A stretch of 37,347 nucleotides of DNA from IMG/VR virus record IMGVR_UViG_3300032237_000071, positions 1-37,347 of that record. The stretch is one strand, 5' to 3'. Under the pieces are notes generated by a model. It ran no database searches. It worked only from the letters and a program-made list of their open reading frames with translations, and was not told where the DNA came from. Made by a program: the position numbers and the translations under genes. Below are positions 33,667-37,347 of this stretch, piece after piece (within the stretch, counting starts at the first letter, position 1; the number at the start of each line of letters is the position of its first letter). This stretch comes from a virus (taxonomy: Duplodnaviria > Caudoviricetes).

Positions 33667-33824
33667 CTACTTTCACTATCTAATTTGTCTTCATATTCAA
33701 GGACTTGTATTGATCTCTTTAACAATTCAAGAGTCTCTTGATTAGGTAGACATGTATATACAACTAAGTAATCCTTATCATTACCCAGGATTACCATTGG
33801 GTCTACACCTTCAGGAATATTCAT
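33651..33824 (-). CDS. Hypothetical protein (57 aa, MNIPEGVDPMVILG...)
   Basis: Manual translation; ATGA-coupled. Confidence 0.6.
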   Translation of the reverse strand: MNIPEGVDPMVILGNDKDYLVVYTCLPNQETLELLKRSIQVLEYEDKLDSESSGQLH

Positions 33825-33970
33825 GGACGCATACCAACTTCCTTGATAGCTTTAAGATATACTTCCATTGATTGTAGTTCATTCATTACTTCTAACAACT
33901 GTTGACGAACACAAGCAACTGAATCACCTGTTCGTAATGCTTCTAATACTGCGTCTTTGATTATGCTCAT
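33821..33970 (-). CDS. Hypothetical protein (49 aa, MSIIKDAVLEALRTG...)
   Basis: Manual translation; TGATG-coupled to the pol stop. Confidence 0.6.
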   Translation of the reverse strand: MSIIKDAVLEALRTGDSVACVRQQLLEVMNELQSMEVYLKAIKEVGMRP

Positions 33971-35619
33971 CAATGTGTTTCCTTCCATGAGTTACCTACT
34001 TTATATTCACCACTCAACGGACAACGCATCTCTAATACTTTACCTGCATTCTCAATTGACTGTACTCCAATCCTGCCTACCATATCTGCGTATGATTCCT
34101 CTACTTCAATCTGCCATTCGTCATGCACGTTAGCTACAAACTTATAATCAATATTAAATTTACTAAGTGATTCATCTAACAGCACAACTGCTTGCTTCAT
34201 GACAATTGCACCCGCACTCTGGAGTAGTGTGTTAAGTGCTGCGTGGTCAGACCTAACCTGTAGTCTACGTCCATCAAGACCTGGTAGCGTTCCTGAGTTC
34301 TTAGCGATACGGCTAACTTTTTCTCTAAGCTCTTTGAGCGACGGAGTATTCCGCAGAAAACGAGACTTAAGTTCTTGTCCCTCTTTCGCTCCAGCACCAA
34401 CAACCTTCCCGATTTTCGCATCCCCTGCACCATAGAGGAATGCATATATAAACGTCTTCGCTTGGTTTCTGTTCTCAAGTCCAGCAGCTTTTTGGTTTGC
34501 TGTGTGTATGTCACCTGAAACGACTTCACTTGTGTACGCATCATCTTGCATATAGTGAGCCAGCATTCTCAACTCCAATCCTGAAGCATCGATACCAACT
34601 AACTTATATCCTTTCTCTACAATCCAAAGATCCCTACAGTCTTCACCATAAGGGCTACCACTGTTGGGTACTTGTGCCATGTTAGGTGACATGTGCGTCA
34701 TACGTCCTGTGACTGCACCATTTGTAATCACCTTACCATGTACTCTACCATCACTACCTAATGCCTTAAGCCACGATTCTATTTGAGCTATCCTCTTCTG
34801 AAGCATGAGGTATTCATTGATCGCTTTAGCTTCAGGTATATCTAAACCTTCGAGCGTCCCTTCGTCGACGATGGGCTGACCCGTTTCTGTGAACTTGTCT
34901 GGCTTCCAACCTTTTTCGATGAGTCTCTCACCGATTTGCTTGCGACTGCCTGGGTTGAAGGTTTCGACTTTGGCTTTGAGATTCTTACCTGTTTTCTCTG
35001 AGACTCTTTCAATTGTTTTTGCTGGGAAAATACCCTGCATCTCAATTTCAATAGCAGCCAGCTTACTAGTAAGTTCAGATAAAAGGATTGTAGCTTTCTT
35101 TTCATCCAACTTAAAACCGTTTCGTTCTTGCTTTGCGATGATCGCTTGGACCTTGTGTTCAAGTTCAATACTCCTCTGTTCAAATTTGTTATACTTCAAT
35201 TCATTAATCAAAACATCATACAACTTCTGAGTTACTAGTGTATCTTGGATACAGTACTGTTCCATCTCTGGTGTTAGTCCACCATCCCAATCACTAAACT
35301 CACCCTTTGGAAAACCTAATCGTTTACCCCACGCATCAAGGCTGTGTCCACCTTCGAGACTTGGATTTAACAGGCGACTTGACACGAGCGTATCGTACAC
35401 TAGGTTCTGGTTCATCGTAACGCTCCAGGTCTTCTCTAGTATTGGTTTGTCGAAGGCTAATCCGTTGTGCATGATAATCAAATCGCAACTGTCCAAATAC
35501 CTTTGTAATCCGTTTGCTTCCTTCCATGATACTACTGCTCCTGTCTCAATGTCCCTTGTTACTGCTAACCAAATCTTATTGTGTGTACTGTTTGTTTCTA
35601 TGTCCAGTACAATTTTCAT
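33970..35619 (-). CDS. polA: Family A DNA polymerase with 3'-5' exonuclease
   Basis: Exo DIET, HNGLAFD, YCIQD; motif A DASGLELR, motif B RNQAKTFIYAFLYG, motif C VHDE. Confidence 0.96.
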   Translation of the reverse strand: MKIVLDIETNSTHNKIWLAVTRDIETGAVVSWKEANGLQRYLDSCDLIIMHNGLAFDKPILEKTWSVTMNQNLVYDTLVSSRLLNPSLEGGHSLDAWGKRLGFPKGEFSDWDGGLTPEMEQYCIQDTLVTQKLYDVLINELKYNKFEQRSIELEHKVQAIIAKQERNGFKLDEKKATILLSELTSKLAAIEIEMQGIFPAKTIERVSEKTGKNLKAKVETFNPGSRKQIGERLIEKGWKPDKFTETGQPIVDEGTLEGLDIPEAKAINEYLMLQKRIAQIESWLKALGSDGRVHGKVITNGAVTGRMTHMSPNMAQVPNSGSPYGEDCRDLWIVEKGYKLVGIDASGLELRMLAHYMQDDAYTSEVVSGDIHTANQKAAGLENRNQAKTFIYAFLYGAGDAKIGKVVGAGAKEGQELKSRFLRNTPSLKELREKVSRIAKNSGTLPGLDGRRLQVRSDHAALNTLLQSAGAIVMKQAVVLLDESLSKFNIDYKFVANVHDEWQIEVEESYADMVGRIGVQSIENAGKVLEMRCPLSGEYKVGNSWKETH

Positions 35620-35735
35620 TTATTTCTCCAGTACCTGTCTTTAGGGTTAGCCAGCATAGACTTTAGTAATTCATCCATTGAAGTAAACCACTGTGTAACT
35701 CTCATACCTTCGTGAGTAAGGATATCAAAACTCAT
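35616..35735 (-). CDS. Hypothetical protein (39 aa, MSFDILTHEG...)
   Basis: ATGA-coupled at both ends. Confidence 0.55.
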   Translation of the reverse strand: MSFDILTHEGMRVTQWFTSMDELLKSMLANPKDRYWRNK

Positions 35736-35944
35736 TCTGTTACTCCTTGTCTTACTCTCCAGGGATACTTATCTTCTAACCAAAAGCATCTCATCTCTCC
35801 ATTCTTAGTAGATAAAAAACCCCTCCACAAAGAATGCTTAGTACTAAAGTCATTGCATGTAAGTGCTTGAATATCAAGGTAAATTCCTTTAACTATCCAT
35901 CCAAGCACACACCCAATTACAACTGTTATAATATACTTAAGCAA
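35732..35944 (-). CDS. Single-pass membrane protein
   Basis: N-terminal TM; two Cys in the soluble part. Confidence 0.65.
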   Translation of the reverse strand: MLKYIITVVIGCVLGWIVKGIYLDIQALTCNDFSTKHSLWRGFLSTKNGEMRCFWLEDKYPWRVRQGVTE

Positions 35945-36197
35945 ATAACCCCCATTTAGTTAACGCATGTACAATGTAGCTTATGAACCCCACTAAGTAA
36001 AGCAGCACTGCAACAAACTCAACCAAGAATAGTGGTGCATCCCTTTGCAAGATACCTGCTAAAGTCCACAATACTGACCCAATCAGCCCAAAGAATAGAT
36101 TCAAAGGATACACATTGAAACTTGTCAGTGCTATTCCAATCAGGCAAAATGTAGTTCCGAACCATTTTACTAGTAGCAGACTGTGCTGTTTGGGCAT
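35937..36197 (-). CDS. Three-TM membrane protein (PQ-loop/SemiSWEET/PnuC-like half-transporter architecture)
   Basis: KWFGT...YPLN...LWTLAG..QRD.PL; start uncertain (36206 or 36197). Confidence 0.6.
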   Translation of the reverse strand: MPKQHSLLLVKWFGTTFCLIGIALTSFNVYPLNLFFGLIGSVLWTLAGILQRDAPLFLVEFVAVLLYLVGFISYIVHALTKWGLFA

Positions 36198-36304
36198 ATT
36201 GTACATGTGACTATCTTTGTTCCGTTAACGATTGTTGTTGTGGTGCATGCCATACTAATATTATAGCATACAAATAGTGCTACTGCAATTAAAATCTTCT
36301 TCAT
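36170..36304 (-). CDS. Secreted Cys-rich peptide (44 aa)
   Basis: MKKILIAVALFVCYNISMA|CTTTTIVNGTKIVTCTICPNSTVCY; GGAGG RBS; ATGA-coupled to the helicase stop. Confidence 0.7.
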   Translation of the reverse strand: MKKILIAVALFVCYNISMACTTTTIVNGTKIVTCTICPNSTVCY

Positions 36305-37347
36305 AATGCATCCTCCTCAGGTGGTAATTCATTCATACGTCCAGTGTTACGACTATATAACAGACGACAAGCAAGCCCAGTAAGACCACTGAAACGATTC
36401 TTGAGAACTCGAACATAAGTAGTATTCCTTTCGTTATTATCTGCTGCCTGTCCATTACGTTCTAAACCTATCACCATGTCACTCAACTGTGCAATGCTGC
36501 CACTACCCCTTAGTTGAGCTAATGACGTTACTGCTCCCTCTTCATGACCTTTAGAATCAGGACGCTTAAGATGTGACACAACAAACAAAGCAATGCCAGT
36601 CTCTTGAACCAACATACGAAGCTTAGTCATGATCTCATCCAATGCTTTACGTTCATCGCCAGACTCTTGGGCAGACACAATGATACTAATGTGATCTACG
36701 AATACATACTTGCAGCCCAACCCCCTAGCCATGAACCGAACCCGATTGATAATGTTATCAACGCTAGTGCTACCAAAGTGATCAAACAAAAACAACCTAT
36801 CAGTACCAAGTGTGCTATCAAACGCATGTCGTAACTCCTCATCAGTAACTTCACAATCAGGTAAGTGCAAAGGTTTATTAGCAGACAATGCCATCAAACT
36901 CTTAGCAGTTTTCTTAACTGATTCCTCCAAGAACATTAGACCAATATTGTCCTCTGTCTTGCTCAATATTTGCCACACAATCTCTCGCAGGAATTGAGAC
37001 TTACCTAGTCCAGATCCTGCCGTTACTGTGACAAGTTCTCCAAAGCGAATGCCATAGGTTAAGTCATTCATCCCATGATAAGGATACATTACCTCAGCCT
37101 TCTCTTCTTTCTGATTGACTAGCTCCCACAGTGTAGACCCTGAGACAATACCATCAGGCACATACTTCTCTGCATCCCACCATGTATCAACAAACTCCTT
37201 GTTCAATCCCTTAGCAAGGTAATCACATGCATCCTTAAGCTCATCCTGTTTAGGTTTAAAGATGTGTGCTTTAGCACCAAACAATTCAGCTACTTGGTTT
37301 GCTGCCGTTTTACCTGGCTCATCGTTATCAAAGCAGATAGTGATACG
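36301..37347 (-). CDS. DNA primase-helicase, C-terminal SF4 helicase part
   Basis: AGSGLGKS, FLEE, VDHIS, VSHL, LRGSGSIAQLSD, LKNRFSG. Confidence 0.96.
   Translation of the reverse strand, partial: RITICFDNDEPGKTAANQVAELFGAKAHIFKPKQDELKDACDYLAKGLNKEFVDTWWDAEKYVPDGIVSGSTLWELVNQKEEKAEVMYPYHGMNDLTYGIRFGELVTVTAGSGLGKSQFLREIVWQILSKTEDNIGLMFLEESVKKTAKSLMALSANKPLHLPDCEVTDEELRHAFDSTLGTDRLFLFDHFGSTSVDNIINRVRFMARGLGCKYVFVDHISIIVSAQESGDERKALDEIMTKLRMLVQETGIALFVVSHLKRPDSKGHEEGAVTSLAQLRGSGSIAQLSDMVIGLERNGQAADNNERNTTYVRVLKNRFSGLTGLACRLLYSRNTGRMNELPPEEDAL
37225..37347. repeat. Terminal overlap identical to 1-123
   Basis: Exact match by reading. Confidence 0.95.

Larger units (their letters stand above)
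1..37347. mobile_element. Complete circularly assembled lytic podovirus-like phage genome (T7-like replisome, no RNA polymerase; SIO1/cobavirus-like two-arm layout)
   Basis: Terminase, portal, capsid, tail, lysis and replication genes are all present; the ends overlap; no integrase or repressor was recognised. Confidence 0.93.

Noticed and set aside
28255-35619. Introns or inteins in RNR or polymerase, or stop-codon recoding
   Set aside because: ORFs are continuous and of compact size, and genes end normally at TAA, TGA and TAG
36170-36304. Lipoprotein / o-spanin call for the Cys-rich peptide
   Set aside because: Residues before the Cys (LFV-C, SMA-C) do not fit a canonical lipobox, and the gene is far from the lysis cassette
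36301-37284. Stand-alone 327-aa helicase, or a split/pseudogenised primase
   Set aside because: It joins in frame with 714..1 to give an intact ~545-aa protein

Overview
This window is an apparently complete, circularly assembled genome (37,224 bp unique) of a lytic, podovirus-like dsDNA phage. Bases 1-123 repeat as 37225-37347 and cut through the primase-helicase gene. There are two arms that diverge from a ~900 bp non-coding region (4774-5695) and converge with no gap at 28092/28093. The minus-strand arm has many small early genes (a GP88/radical-SAM-like protein, a C5-methyltransferase-like protein, a papain-like protein, a hyper-acidic peptide), then a T7-like replisome with no RNA polymerase (primase-helicase, Tyr762-type PolA, SSB-like protein, 5'-3' exonuclease, resolvase-like nuclease, metallophosphoesterase, class II B12-dependent RNR). 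The plus-strand arm has terminases, portal, scaffold, capsid, two fibre genes, adaptor/nozzle, ejection proteins, holin and a GH24 lysozyme. Transcription appears to rely on near-consensus host sigma70 promoters. The layout resembles SIO1/cobavirus-like podoviruses, and IHF- and Fis-like sites suggest a beta/gamma-proteobacterial host (inference). The most unusual signals are: a 24-bp motif shared by the leaders of the replication and packaging promoters that makes the two transcripts complementary; a symmetric IHF/Fis/repeat control region; strong local CTAG/TCTAGA enrichment in the early genes; and several unannotated small peptides. All family assignments come from motif recognition, not database searches, and all counts are manual.
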